A DNA stretch of 64,000 nucleotides, taken from IMG/VR virus record IMGVR_UViG_3300023176_005537, positions 1 to 64,000 of that record. One strand, given 5' to 3'. The notes below the pieces were generated by a model that saw only the letters and a program-made list of their open reading frames with translations, was not told the DNA's origin and ran no database searches. Position 1 is the stretch's first letter, and each line of letters starts with the position of its first letter. The DNA comes from a virus. The position numbers were made by a program, and so were the translations under genes. This document shows positions 1-9,128 of the stretch, piece by piece.

Positions 1-1
1 T

Positions 2-475
2 CCGGAGTCTATTGAAATGGCTAAAAAGCTGTTTCCAAAGCAAAGGTTCTTCTCGCCTGTCCTCGTTCGAGGAAAAGAAGAAGAAGGTGTGAAGATTTGG
101 GGTTACTCCAAAACTGTTTATGAGCAATTGCTTCAATTGGTTTTGAACCCCGACTACGGTGATATTACCGATACTGACACTGGAACCGATTTGGTTCTTG
201 CTTATGGTAAAGCACCGGGAGCAATGTTCCCCTCTACCACTCTTACTCCGAAGCGTCGAGCTTCGAAAGCATGCGAAGATGGTGACGAGGAATGCGCTCA
301 ACTTCTGGAGGCTATTCCGGACTTTGATGGTCTTTTCGAAAGAAAAACCACACAAGATGTTCAAGCTCTGCTTGATAGATACCTTGCTGGTGGCGACAAA
401 GATGAAGTTGAGAAATACTCTTCTAATGTCGAAGACAAAGTTGGAAAGGCTTTCAACGAACTTCTTGGGGGTTGA
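2..475 (+). CDS. single-stranded DNA-binding protein (gp32-like), 5'-truncated by window edge
   Basis: Frame is open to the window start; GVKIWGYSK..DYGDITD..GTDL pattern and acidic C-terminal tail; directly upstream of recA. Confidence 0.65.
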   Translation, partial: PESIEMAKKLFPKQRFFSPVLVRGKEEEGVKIWGYSKTVYEQLLQLVLNPDYGDITDTDTGTDLVLAYGKAPGAMFPSTTLTPKRRASKACEDGDEECAQLLEAIPDFDGLFERKTTQDVQALLDRYLAGGDKDEVEKYSSNVEDKVGKAFNELLGG

Positions 476-478
476 TAA

Positions 479-1561
479 ATGACCGCTGGTAAAGTAGACA
501 TGGATGTGTACCGCAAGCTGCTGAATAAAAAGGTAGGCATGACGGTTGCACACAACCTCAACAAAGAAAATCCAACAGAAGTCAAAGAATGGATTCCCAC
601 CGGCTCACGCTGGTTGGACTCTATCATTTGCAGAGGTCAATTGGCTGGCATCCCTGTTGGAAAGATCACGGAGATTGCAGGACTTGAAGCTAGTGGGAAA
701 AGCTTCATGGCTGCACAAATTGCTGGTAACGCACAAAAGATGGGCATTAGAGTTGCTTACTTCGACGCTGAATCAGCAATTGATCCTACTTTCTTGGCAA
801 AAGCTGGTTGTAATGTTGATGACTTGCTTTATGTCCAAGCAGCATCTGTTGAGAAAGTATTCGAAATGATTGAAACTCTTTTGGCAGATGAAGAGAAATG
901 GCTGTTTATTTGGGATTCCCTAGCACACACTCCTGCGGAGAAAGACGTTGAAGGCGACTTCAACCCTCAATCTTCCATGGCAATGAAAGCTAGGATTCTT
1001 TCCAAAGCCTTCTCGAAGGTGACGATTCCTTTGGCGAACACACAATCAACTTTCTTGATTGTTAATCAGCTTAAAACGAATATCACCAGTAATATTGCAG
1101 AAGCTTTGACTACTCCTTATTTCACACCGGGAGGCAAAGCTGCTCATTATACCTATTCTTTGAGAATCTGGCTCACTGCCAGAAAAGCAAAGGCTGCTTA
1201 CATTTTGGATTCCAATGGTGTTAGGATTGGTTCTGAAGTGAAAGTTAAACTTGAAAAGTCTCGTTTTGGTTCCGCTGGAAGGACTTGCAACTTTAAGTTG
1301 CTTTGGGGTCAGCAAGTTGGAATTCAAGATGAGGAAAGTTGGCTTGATGCCATCAAAGGCTCTGAAAGATTGAAAGCCGGAGGAGCTTGGTACACTCTGA
1401 CCTCGAAAGAGGGAAGAGAGTTTAAGTTTCAAGCAAAGCAATGGGTCGAGAAACTTCAAGACCCAGAGTTCAGACAAGTTATCTTTGACGTTATGGATGA
1501 ACATGTTATCTATAAACCAGCCGAAGATAGCGAAGAAGCATTAGAAACACAGGAGGATTAA
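479..1561 (+). CDS. recA: RecA/UvsX recombinase
   Basis: IPTGS..LD, Walker A GLEASGKS, FDAE, DSLA, NQLK and TPGG motifs. Confidence 0.95.
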   Translation: MTAGKVDMDVYRKLLNKKVGMTVAHNLNKENPTEVKEWIPTGSRWLDSIICRGQLAGIPVGKITEIAGLEASGKSFMAAQIAGNAQKMGIRVAYFDAESAIDPTFLAKAGCNVDDLLYVQAASVEKVFEMIETLLADEEKWLFIWDSLAHTPAEKDVEGDFNPQSSMAMKARILSKAFSKVTIPLANTQSTFLIVNQLKTNITSNIAEALTTPYFTPGGKAAHYTYSLRIWLTARKAKAAYILDSNGVRIGSEVKVKLEKSRFGSAGRTCNFKLLWGQQVGIQDEESWLDAIKGSERLKAGGAWYTLTSKEGREFKFQAKQWVEKLQDPEFRQVIFDVMDEHVIYKPAEDSEEALETQED

Positions 1562-1562
1562 A

Positions 1563-1793
1563 ATGCGAAGCAAAAACCCTTATGAATTGAGATTTGATAT
1601 CTTTCATTCTGCTCAACAAAGAAAGATGGATGAATATTACGAAAGTATGACTGACTACCGTCAAGCGTGGAACCTTTCTCAAGAAGGCCGTTCGGTCGAT
1701 GTTCCAGTCCGTCCAGAATTTCCCACCTTGGACGAAGTCTTCAACGAAGCTTACCGCATCAAAGCTTTCGTAGAAGAGCGCGAAGATAGCTAA
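1563..1793 (+). CDS. hypothetical protein
   Basis: GGAGG RBS; in operon after recA. Confidence 0.75.
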   Translation: MRSKNPYELRFDIFHSAQQRKMDEYYESMTDYRQAWNLSQEGRSVDVPVRPEFPTLDEVFNEAYRIKAFVEEREDS

Positions 1794-1808
1794 TATCTTC
1801 CAACCCTG

Positions 1809-1829
1809 AAGCCCGAAAGGGCTTCTTTT
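1809..1829 (+). terminator. GCCC-GAAA-GGGC hairpin with T-rich tail (second copy at about 2076-2096)
   Basis: AAGCCCGAAAGGGCTTCTTTT occurs twice, each time immediately 5' of a tRNA. Confidence 0.6.
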
Positions 1830-1903
1830 CGACTCGTAGCTCAGTAGGTAAGAGCGCACAACTTATAATTGTGAGGGTGAGGGTTCAAATCCCTCCGGGT
1901 CAA
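1830..1903 (+). tRNA. tRNA-Ile(UAU)
   Basis: Anticodon arm CACAA-CTTATAA-TTGTG, T arm GAGGG-TTCAAAT-CCCTC, D arm TAGCTCAG..GAGC; C1:A72 mismatch. Confidence 0.85.
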
Positions 1904-1906
1904 TTT

Positions 1907-1979
1907 TCCGACATAGCTCAGTTGGTAGAGCAGGTGGCTGTTAACCACCTTGTCGCAGGTTCGAGCCCTGCTGTCGGAG
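1907..1979 (+). tRNA. tRNA-Asn(GUU)
   Basis: Cloverleaf; GGTGG-CTGTTAA-CCACC; acceptor TCCGACA/TGTCGGA. Confidence 0.95.
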
Positions 1980-1987
1980 CAAATTTT

Positions 1988-2069
1988 GGGGGTGTGCCCG
2001 AGCGGCCAAAGGGAGCAGACTGTAAATCTGCCGGCGATGCCTTCGGTGGTTCGAATCCACCCGCCCCCA
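1988..2069 (+). tRNA. tRNA-Tyr(GUA)
   Basis: GCAGA-CTGTAAA-TCTGC, long variable arm, GGTTCGAATCC. Confidence 0.95.
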
Positions 2070-2096
2070 CTTTAAAAGCCCGAAAGGGCTTCTTTT

Positions 2097-2168
2097 GGCT
2101 CCTTCGTCTAGTGGTTAGGACGCTGGTCTTTCACATCAGTAACACGGGTTCAAATCCCGTAGGAGTCA
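2097..2168 (+). tRNA. tRNA-Glu(UUC)
   Basis: CTGGT-CTTTCAC-ATCAG; acceptor GGCTCCT/AGGAGTC. Confidence 0.93.
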
Positions 2169-2196
2169 CAATTAGTTTCCAACAAAGGAGAATAAA

Positions 2197-2448
2197 ATGT
2201 CAAAGATTAAAATCACAGAACACCCTGAATTAACCTCACTTTGTAAACAATACATTGATGGAGATAAAGAAGACAAGCAAATTGTTTGGATGGAGATGGC
2301 CGATCTTTGTTTGGAAAAAGGTTTGAACAATCATCTTTTCTTTGAAGAGTATTGCAGAGTTCACGGAGTTGGTCTTTTTGAAGGTCAAAAAAAGAAAAAG
2401 AAAGCCAGACCATCCAACAAAGAAATGAAAAGAATGAAGAAAAGATGA
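2197..2448 (+). CDS. hypothetical protein, basic C-terminus
   Basis: AAGGAG RBS, 83 aa ORF. Confidence 0.7.
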   Translation: MSKIKITEHPELTSLCKQYIDGDKEDKQIVWMEMADLCLEKGLNNHLFFEEYCRVHGVGLFEGQKKKKKARPSNKEMKRMKKR

Positions 2449-2475
2449 AGAATATTACTACGGGAACAGAATCAA

Positions 2476-2706
2476 ATGAAAGAGAAAGTGAATCATCCAA
2501 AGCATTATAATGTAGGCAAAATTGAAGTTATTGATGCAATTCAAGATTGGGAGCTTGACTTTTGCTTAGGAAATGTTGTAAAATATATAGCAAGACACAA
2601 CCACAAGAAAGATCCTTTAACAGATCTTAAGAAAGCAAAGTGGTATTTGGATTATGCTATAAAAGAAAAGGAGAGATTAGATGAAGAGGTCGAAAGCAGA
2701 CGTTAA
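2476..2706 (+). CDS. DUF3310 family (T7 gp1.7-like nucleotide kinase domain)
   Basis: VNHPKHY..EVIDAI..FCLGNVVKY..DLKKAKWYL signature. Confidence 0.85.
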   Translation: MKEKVNHPKHYNVGKIEVIDAIQDWELDFCLGNVVKYIARHNHKKDPLTDLKKAKWYLDYAIKEKERLDEEVESRR

Positions 2707-2902
2707 AAACCTTGTCGAAGCCGCTGTGGTTCCACACCACATCCACTCAACCGATGAAGAAAGGGAAAAGTTCATTAAGTTTCTCAAGAAAGACATCAAA
2801 GCTGCAAATCTAAAAGCAAGAGTATACAGACGAAAGGTTTCTTTTGATGGAAACTCAATTGACTTGACAGTTGTTGCAGGTTATGGTATACTAGATGAGT
2901 AA
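2681..2902 (+). CDS. hypothetical protein
   Basis: AAGGAG RBS; overlaps the previous gene. Confidence 0.6.
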   Translation: MKRSKADVKNLVEAAVVPHHIHSTDEEREKFIKFLKKDIKAANLKARVYRRKVSFDGNSIDLTVVAGYGILDE

Positions 2903-2909
2903 TTTGATC

Positions 2910-2984
2910 GTGCCCGTAGCCAAGTCTGGTTAAGGCATTCCGCTCATAACGGAGTTATCGTAGGTTCGAATCCTACCGGGCACA
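2910..2984 (+). tRNA. tRNA-Met(CAU), elongator or Ile2
   Basis: TTCCG-CTCATAA-CGGAG; G1-C72 paired, so not a canonical initiator. Confidence 0.9.
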
Positions 2985-2989
2985 TTTCG

Positions 2990-3073
2990 GGGGCTGTGGT
3001 GGAATTGGTAGACACTGGGCACTTAAAATGCCTTGCTCGTAAGAGCGTGAGGGTTCGAGTCCCTCCAGCCCCA
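2990..3073 (+). tRNA. tRNA-Leu(UAA)
   Basis: GGGCA-CTTAAAA-TGCCT, variable arm GCTC-GTAA-GAGC. Confidence 0.93.
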
Positions 3074-3154
3074 CTGGTCGCGGAACCGAAAGTGAGGTGA
3101 TATCATTAATGCGACTGGGGCTTTGCCCCACTTATACCACACAAGGAAAAGACA

Positions 3155-3538
3155 ATGAGAAGAAAACCTTTACATGACCCTGTTCTTATTTCAAACAATG
3201 TTTATTTATTTTCTGCTTTCTCGGCATATCTAGATAACTTTCCTTATTTGTCTGTAATGATATTAATATCTTGGACTTTGTCTTTTCTTTATCATTATTC
3301 TAAAGAGCAAGACTTCCACAAGCTAGATGTCAAAATGGCTTGCACAACAGTTGGATATGCTCTTTGGTGCTTTATTGTGGTTGATCCTCCTCCTCCAATT
3401 TATTTGTTTGTTGGTGTGGGGGTCTTCACTTTGGGAATGTTTTGTTTGAAGATTGAAAGTTATGATGATAGGTACGACCTTTATCACACCCTCTGGCATT
3501 TGCTGTCAGGTTTGTCAATTATTATTCTTTGCCATTAA
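3155..3538 (+). CDS. small multi-pass membrane protein with CREST-like motifs
   Basis: About 4 hydrophobic segments; SFLYH..D and HTLWH motifs. Confidence 0.55.
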   Translation: MRRKPLHDPVLISNNVYLFSAFSAYLDNFPYLSVMILISWTLSFLYHYSKEQDFHKLDVKMACTTVGYALWCFIVVDPPPPIYLFVGVGVFTLGMFCLKIESYDDRYDLYHTLWHLLSGLSIIILCH

Positions 3539-3559
3539 AATTTATCAATAGGAGAGAAA

Positions 3560-3970
3560 ATGGAATACTATCCAGTACACAAAATTGGTTTTGAGTTTAC
3601 AGATGAAAATATGAATTACTTTCTTGATTATTTTGATCCAGAAGAGCTAGAAGAAGGAGAAGAGCCTCAGACTGCTAGGATGGATTGGGAAAGCAGCTTT
3701 GGAGACTTTTCTTGCAACAAAGCCGACTACGAGTTTGAAATGGAGTTTATTGACTTTATTTGGAATCACCTCCAAGAGGACTGTGAAATTAGGTCTTACG
3801 AGTGGCGTAAGGGGGGCTATATTCAAGGTTTGAGCGGTTTTGAGTATGGTAAGACCTATCTTACTTTTGAAGCGCCTGAAGACGGCGATGAGCGCCTCCA
3901 ACTTTGCAGGGAACTGGAAGAGCGATTTGGTCTTCCAATGATTGAAGCAACATATTCTGAACTTGGCTAA
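3560..3970 (+). CDS. acidic hypothetical protein
   Basis: AGGAG RBS, 136 aa. Confidence 0.75.
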   Translation: MEYYPVHKIGFEFTDENMNYFLDYFDPEELEEGEEPQTARMDWESSFGDFSCNKADYEFEMEFIDFIWNHLQEDCEIRSYEWRKGGYIQGLSGFEYGKTYLTFEAPEDGDERLQLCRELEERFGLPMIEATYSELG

Positions 3971-3977
3971 TTTCTTC

Positions 3978-4006
3978 TTGACTTCCTTCCTATAATCTGC
4001 TATAAT
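3978..4006 (+). promoter_or_regulatory. sigma70-type promoter
   Basis: TTGACT-17bp-TATAAT with TGn extension. Confidence 0.75.
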
Positions 4007-4039
4007 CCTACCATACTTTTCACCACACAGGAGAACAAA

Positions 4040-5005
4040 ATGAAAGAAAGAGTTGTGATCATTGATGGGCTCAATTTGTATTTGAGAAACTACATTGTCA
4101 ACCCCAGCCTTTCAACCAATGGCGATCCGATCGGAGGCGTTAAGGGCTTTCTTGCATCTGTGCAAAAGATGATCAGAGAGCTTAAACCAGATCGGATCAT
4201 TGTTGCTTGGGATGGCCCCGGAGGCTCTCAAAAAAGAAGAGCGCAAAACAAAAACTACAAAGCTGGTCGCAAGCCTATTCGCTTCAATCGTGGTGTCAAG
4301 CTGATGTCCGAAGAAGAAGAGGTCAAGAACAAGATTTGGCAACAAACTAGACTGCTGGAATACATCAACATGATGCCTATCCCACAGATCCTCTTGCAAG
4401 GTATTGAAGCTGATGACGTTATCGCAAAGATTTGCAGAACAATGCGAGGCTGTCAGAAAGTGATCGTGTCCAGCGACAAAGACTTTATTCAACTGTGTGA
4501 TGAAGAAACAGTGCTTTATCGCCCAATTCAAAAAGAACTGGTCACAAAAAAGACTGTCTTGGAAGAGCATCAGATCTCCCCAGCAAACTTTGCAATGGCA
4601 AGAGCAATTGCAGGAGACAAGTCTGATAACCTTGCCGGTGTTCCCGGAGCAGGTTTGAAAACAATTGCAAAAAGACTTCCTTTCCTTAAAGAGGAGAAGG
4701 ACGCAACCTTTGAAGATGTCTTCCAAGCCTGTGAGAAAGAAGAAAAGAAGCTGAAGTTTCACAATGGTATTTTGGAAAACAAAGATCTGATCAAAAAGAA
4801 CTATGGACTCATGCAACTTTACACTCCAAACATTTCGCCAAACAACTCGGCAGTGATTAAAGAAGCGATTGAAGAGATCAAACCAGACTTTAACAAAACG
4901 AATATTATTAAGATGATGAATGAAGATGGCTTCGGTGTGTACGACTGGAGCGACCTTTGGAGGTTTTGCAGAAAAAATGTAGTTGACTTAAAGAATAAAG
5001 TCTGA
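4040..5005 (+). CDS. 5'-3' exonuclease / flap endonuclease (PolA N-terminal, T4 RNase H-like)
   Basis: IIDGLN, AWDG, YKAGR, EADD, SSDKD and GDKSDN..GVPGAG.KT motifs. Confidence 0.93.
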   Translation: MKERVVIIDGLNLYLRNYIVNPSLSTNGDPIGGVKGFLASVQKMIRELKPDRIIVAWDGPGGSQKRRAQNKNYKAGRKPIRFNRGVKLMSEEEEVKNKIWQQTRLLEYINMMPIPQILLQGIEADDVIAKICRTMRGCQKVIVSSDKDFIQLCDEETVLYRPIQKELVTKKTVLEEHQISPANFAMARAIAGDKSDNLAGVPGAGLKTIAKRLPFLKEEKDATFEDVFQACEKEEKKLKFHNGILENKDLIKKNYGLMQLYTPNISPNNSAVIKEAIEEIKPDFNKTNIIKMMNEDGFGVYDWSDLWRFCRKNVVDLKNKV

Positions 5006-5059
5006 TAGAATTCTATTTAAACTCACCCCCTCAAGAAACAAAATCTAACAGGAGTAGAT

Positions 5060-6433
5060 ATGATTAACACACATGACAAGATAGACTTCTCTCGGTTCGG
5101 CAAAAAGTTCCAAGAAAGTCTCTGCCGAATTGTATTAGATGATCGCGAGTTTTGTGATCAAGTCTTTGAAGTTTTGAAGGTGGAGTTTTTTGAGGTCAAG
5201 TATCTTCAGCTTTTCGTTCAAGTTATCGTCGATTACAAAAGGGAATTTGGAACACACCCCTCAAGAGATATTGTTGCAACCATTCTTCGCTCTGGTATCG
5301 AAGATGAATCTGATGTCCTCAAGAAGCAAGTGCGAGATTACTTCACAAAGCTGATGACAACAGTGCCAGACTTTGAAGGGGACGCATTCATCAAGAAAAA
5401 GGCTTTGGACTTTTGCAGAAAGCAAAACTTGAAAGAGGCCATGATCAAATCAGCAAAGCTGATTCATTCTGCTTCTTTTGAAGAGATCAGCAAGATTATC
5501 AACGATTCTTTGAAGCTTGGATCGAACACAGACTTTGGCTATGATTACCTGAAAGACTTTGAGAAAAGGTATGAAGTGAAGTTTCGAAGGCCAATCACAA
5601 CAGGCTGGAAGCAAGTCGATGCTATCACTGGCGGCGGCCTTGGTAAGGGAGAGTTGGGTGTTGTTGTGGCTCCCACTGGCGCAGGAAAATCAATGGCCTT
5701 GGTCCATCTGGCTGCACAAGCTCTGAAGCAAGGCAAAACAGTTGTTTATTACACTTTGGAGTTGGAAGATACCGTTGTTGCAAAAAGGTTTGACTCATGC
5801 CTCACCGGTGTTCATCTAACTGACCTTAACGACATGAAAGAAGTTGTTTTGGAAAAGGTTCGGGAACTTAATGGGCATTTGATTGTAAAAGAGTACCCAA
5901 CAAAGTATGCTTCAACTGAAACAATCAAAGCGCACCTTCTTCGTTTGAAGAATAGAGGCATTGAGCCAGACTTTATTGCAATTGATTATGCTGATCTTTT
6001 AAAGCCAGTGCGACATCAAAGAGAAAAAAGACAAGAGTTGGAAGAGATTTATGAAGAACTGCGAGGAATTGCAAAGCTTTCAGAAGCAACTCTCTACACA
6101 GCTTCTCAAACAAACCGCTCTGGCTTGAACGCAGAGGTTGTTACAATGGAGTCAATCTCTGAAGCGTTTAACAAATGTTTTGTTGCAGACTTTATCTTTT
6201 CGCTTTCAAGAACAGTCGAAGATAAAAACAACAACACAGGAAGGATCTTTATTGCAAAGAACCGAAACGGAGCAGATGGAATGGTTTATCCTCTCTTTAT
6301 GGATACTTCCAACGTTTGCATTAAAGTTATTGATGACAATGGAGAAAGTCCATCTGTTGTGATGGACAGAGCAGCGAAAAAGCAAGATGAATTGTTAAGA
6401 GAAAAGTACAAGAAATTTAAGAGCAGTCAATAA
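5060..6433 (+). CDS. replicative DNA helicase (DnaB/gp41-like)
   Basis: APTGAGKS, TLE, IDYADL, ASQTNR and KNRNG motifs. Confidence 0.93.
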   Translation: MINTHDKIDFSRFGKKFQESLCRIVLDDREFCDQVFEVLKVEFFEVKYLQLFVQVIVDYKREFGTHPSRDIVATILRSGIEDESDVLKKQVRDYFTKLMTTVPDFEGDAFIKKKALDFCRKQNLKEAMIKSAKLIHSASFEEISKIINDSLKLGSNTDFGYDYLKDFEKRYEVKFRRPITTGWKQVDAITGGGLGKGELGVVVAPTGAGKSMALVHLAAQALKQGKTVVYYTLELEDTVVAKRFDSCLTGVHLTDLNDMKEVVLEKVRELNGHLIVKEYPTKYASTETIKAHLLRLKNRGIEPDFIAIDYADLLKPVRHQREKRQELEEIYEELRGIAKLSEATLYTASQTNRSGLNAEVVTMESISEAFNKCFVADFIFSLSRTVEDKNNNTGRIFIAKNRNGADGMVYPLFMDTSNVCIKVIDDNGESPSVVMDRAAKKQDELLREKYKKFKSSQ

Positions 6434-6444
6434 GGAGACAAGTA

Positions 6445-8307
6445 ATGGAAAAGAGTAGTGAGATTTTGAGCGATGTCGTACAGTGGATGAAGTATTCCAA
6501 GTACGATGATAGAAAGAAAAGAAGAGAGTTGTTTCACGAAGCGGTCAATAGAAACCGCGCAATGCATTTGAAAAAGTTTAAACACATTCCCGGGTTTGAA
6601 GAAGAACTTATCAATGCTTATATGACAGTTTATGACAAGAAAGTTCTTGGTTCGATGAGGGCAATGCAGTTCTCCGGTCGTCCTATTGAGATCAACCCGG
6701 CAAGACAATACAACTGCTCTTATCTGGCAATGGATGATTGGCGAGCCTTTTCGGAGATTATGTTTCTTCTTCTCGGCGGTACTGGTGTTGGCTTCTCTGT
6801 GCAGAACCACCACATTGAAAAGCTCCCAGAGATCAAAAAGCCAATCAAAAGAAAGCGGCGTTATCTGATCGGAGACTCCATTGAAGGTTGGGCAGATGCA
6901 GTCAAGACTTTGATGAAGTCTTACTTCTCTGGAACCAGCACGATTGTATTTGACTATAGCGATATCAGAGCGAAAGGTGAGCGTTTGATCACTTCAGGCG
7001 GAAAAGCTCCCGGCCCACAACCTCTCCATGATTGCCTCCACAATATCCGAAAGGTTTTGGAAGCAAAAGAAACTGGAGAAAAGTTGACTTCTCTTGAAGT
7101 TCATGATATTGTATGTTATATTGCTGATGCTGTGTTAGCTGGTGGTATTCGCCGCGCTGCTTTGATCTCTCTTTTTGATTTTGACGACGAGCAAATGATT
7201 AGCTGTAAGGCCGGCAACTGGTGGGAATACGCTCCTCAAAGAGCAAGGTCGAACAACTCCGCTGTTGTTCTTCGTCACAAGATCAAGAAAGAAGAGTTCT
7301 TGAAGTTCTGGGAAAAGATTGAAGCTTCCAACTCTGGTGAGCCCGGTATTTACTTCTCGAACAATGCTGATCGCGGAGTCAACCCATGTTGCGAGATCTC
7401 CCTGAAGAGCCACCAGTTCTGCAACTTGACAACTGTGAATGTCTCTGATGTTTACGATCAAGAAGAATTGGAGAAGAGAGTGAGGGCTGCTGCGTTCATA
7501 GGGACGGTTCAGGCGGCGTATACGGACTTCCACTACCTAAGAGATAGTTGGAGGAAGGTTACGGAAAAGGATGCCCTTATTGGCGTTTCTATGACCGGTA
7601 TCGCATCCGGTGGAGTGATGAGCCTTGACCTTAAAAGAGCAGCGCAAGTTGTCAAAGAAGAGAACGCAAGAGTGGCAGAGATGCTTGGCATCAATCCCGC
7701 TGCAAGAACAACTTGCGTGAAACCTGAAGGAACTGCTTCGATCATTCTGGGAACTTCCAGCGGTATCCACGCTTGGCACGACCAGTATTACATTCGTCGT
7801 GTTCGCGTTGGAAAGAATGAAGCAATCTATCCTTACCTGAAGGAAGTTGCTCCTGAAATGTTGGAAGATGAATTGTTTAACCCTTCAACGCAGGCTGTCA
7901 TTAGCGTCCCGCAAAAAGCCCCTGAAGGTGCTATTACTAGAGACGAAGATGTTATGGACATGTTGGAGAGGGTTCGCAAGTTCAACGTTGAATGGGTTCA
8001 AGAAGGCCACAGAAGTGGACAGAACACAAACAATGTTTCTGCAACTGTTAGCATTGGTCAAGGTGAGTGGGAAAAGGTTGGAGAATGGATGTGGGAAAAC
8101 CGACACAACTTCAACGGACTTTCTGTGCTTCCCAAAGACCTAGGAACTTACAAGCAAGCACCTTTTGAGACTTGCACCAAAGAAGAATACGAAAGACTTC
8201 TTGGCACACTTAAGTCACTTGACCTTTCAAAAGTTGTGGAAGAAGTGGACAACACCAATCTTTCAGGCGAGATTGCTTGTGGCGGTGGGTCTTGTGAAAT
8301 AATTTAA
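6445..8307 (+). CDS. nrdJ: class II (adenosylcobalamin-dependent) ribonucleotide reductase
   Basis: YNCSY, GTGVG, GGIRR, NPCCEI, KPEGT and C-terminal ACGGGSCE; no beta-subunit gene adjacent. Confidence 0.88.
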   Translation: MEKSSEILSDVVQWMKYSKYDDRKKRRELFHEAVNRNRAMHLKKFKHIPGFEEELINAYMTVYDKKVLGSMRAMQFSGRPIEINPARQYNCSYLAMDDWRAFSEIMFLLLGGTGVGFSVQNHHIEKLPEIKKPIKRKRRYLIGDSIEGWADAVKTLMKSYFSGTSTIVFDYSDIRAKGERLITSGGKAPGPQPLHDCLHNIRKVLEAKETGEKLTSLEVHDIVCYIADAVLAGGIRRAALISLFDFDDEQMISCKAGNWWEYAPQRARSNNSAVVLRHKIKKEEFLKFWEKIEASNSGEPGIYFSNNADRGVNPCCEISLKSHQFCNLTTVNVSDVYDQEELEKRVRAAAFIGTVQAAYTDFHYLRDSWRKVTEKDALIGVSMTGIASGGVMSLDLKRAAQVVKEENARVAEMLGINPAARTTCVKPEGTASIILGTSSGIHAWHDQYYIRRVRVGKNEAIYPYLKEVAPEMLEDELFNPSTQAVISVPQKAPEGAITRDEDVMDMLERVRKFNVEWVQEGHRSGQNTNNVSATVSIGQGEWEKVGEWMWENRHNFNGLSVLPKDLGTYKQAPFETCTKEEYERLLGTLKSLDLSKVVEEVDNTNLSGEIACGGGSCEII

Positions 8308-8326
8308 CAAAAGCTTAAACAAAGTG

Positions 8327-8369
8327 TTGACAAAGACCCCTACATTTGCTATAATGTAGGGGTCTTTTT
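8327..8369 (+). promoter_or_regulatory. sigma70 promoter overlapping an intrinsic terminator hairpin
   Basis: TTGACA(8327)-17-TATAAT(8350) inside AAAGACCCCTACATT/AATGTAGGGGTCTTT plus T-tract. Confidence 0.75.
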
Positions 8370-8401
8370 GTTTGAGTTGGAGATTATTTAAAATAAAAAC
8401 C

Positions 8402-8437
8402 TTGACAAAAGTTGTCACAATTGATATAATTGTGACA
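8402..8437 (+). promoter_or_regulatory. sigma70 promoter with overlapping palindromic operator
   Basis: TTGACA(8402)-17-TATAAT(8425); TGTCACAATT-gatat-AATTGTGACA dyad. Confidence 0.75.
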
Positions 8438-8540
8438 TAAAGTCGAGACAGAAAAGAGTGGGTTGTGTTTCATGATAGGCAACGTGCTTAAGAACTGTTT
8501 TGACAAATTAGCTGTTAACGACACAAAGGAGAAAGAAGAC

Positions 8541-9128
8541 ATGTCAATTAGTGTAAAACAGGCAAAACAAATTTGGAAAGAGGAAGTTAGAAGGGTAAAT
8601 TTTCAAAAAAAACAAACCATCAAGGTTAGTGCAAAAGGACTGCTGTTCCCAGAACAGCAGGGGTTTTCCATACAGTCTGTATGCATTAAGGCTGGAAATA
8701 TTATTGAAAAAGTATTTAATAGGCTAGCAAAAGAAAGTAACAAAGTTAATTATCATGAATTAGACCACGTAACGATCCCGGGAAAGAAAAATAAAGTGCA
8801 GATTGATCTAGCCTATAGTAATAAATATTATGAAATTAAGTGTAATATTGATTTTGACACAGAAAAAAATCCAGCAGTTATTCAAAAGCTTGATCTTGTT
8901 GCGGAACATCTTTCTAAACAAAGTCTTGATAGAGAAAGATTTGCTGGAAAGATACTCGTCCCAACCATGTGGGAAGCAGCCGGATATAAATATTTTAAAG
9001 AAGGGCAAGAAGATGTAACGGTTGGTGTGAAGTCTTTTTTTGACGATATTGGCTTGGATATGACAGAGAAAGAATACAAAGATATGTGGGCTTGGATGGG
9101 TAAATACTCAAAAGGAGAAGTAAAATGA
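8541..9128 (+). CDS. putative PD-(D/E)xK endonuclease (restriction enzyme-like)
   Basis: GNIIE..QIDL..YYEIK pattern; stop overlaps MTase start; start moved to RBS-preceded ATG. Confidence 0.55.
   Translation: MSISVKQAKQIWKEEVRRVNFQKKQTIKVSAKGLLFPEQQGFSIQSVCIKAGNIIEKVFNRLAKESNKVNYHELDHVTIPGKKNKVQIDLAYSNKYYEIKCNIDFDTEKNPAVIQKLDLVAEHLSKQSLDRERFAGKILVPTMWEAAGYKYFKEGQEDVTVGVKSFFDDIGLDMTEKEYKDMWAWMGKYSKGEVK

Noticed and set aside
1871-2233. 120-aa ORF in the track
   Set aside because: Overlaps four tRNA genes; spurious
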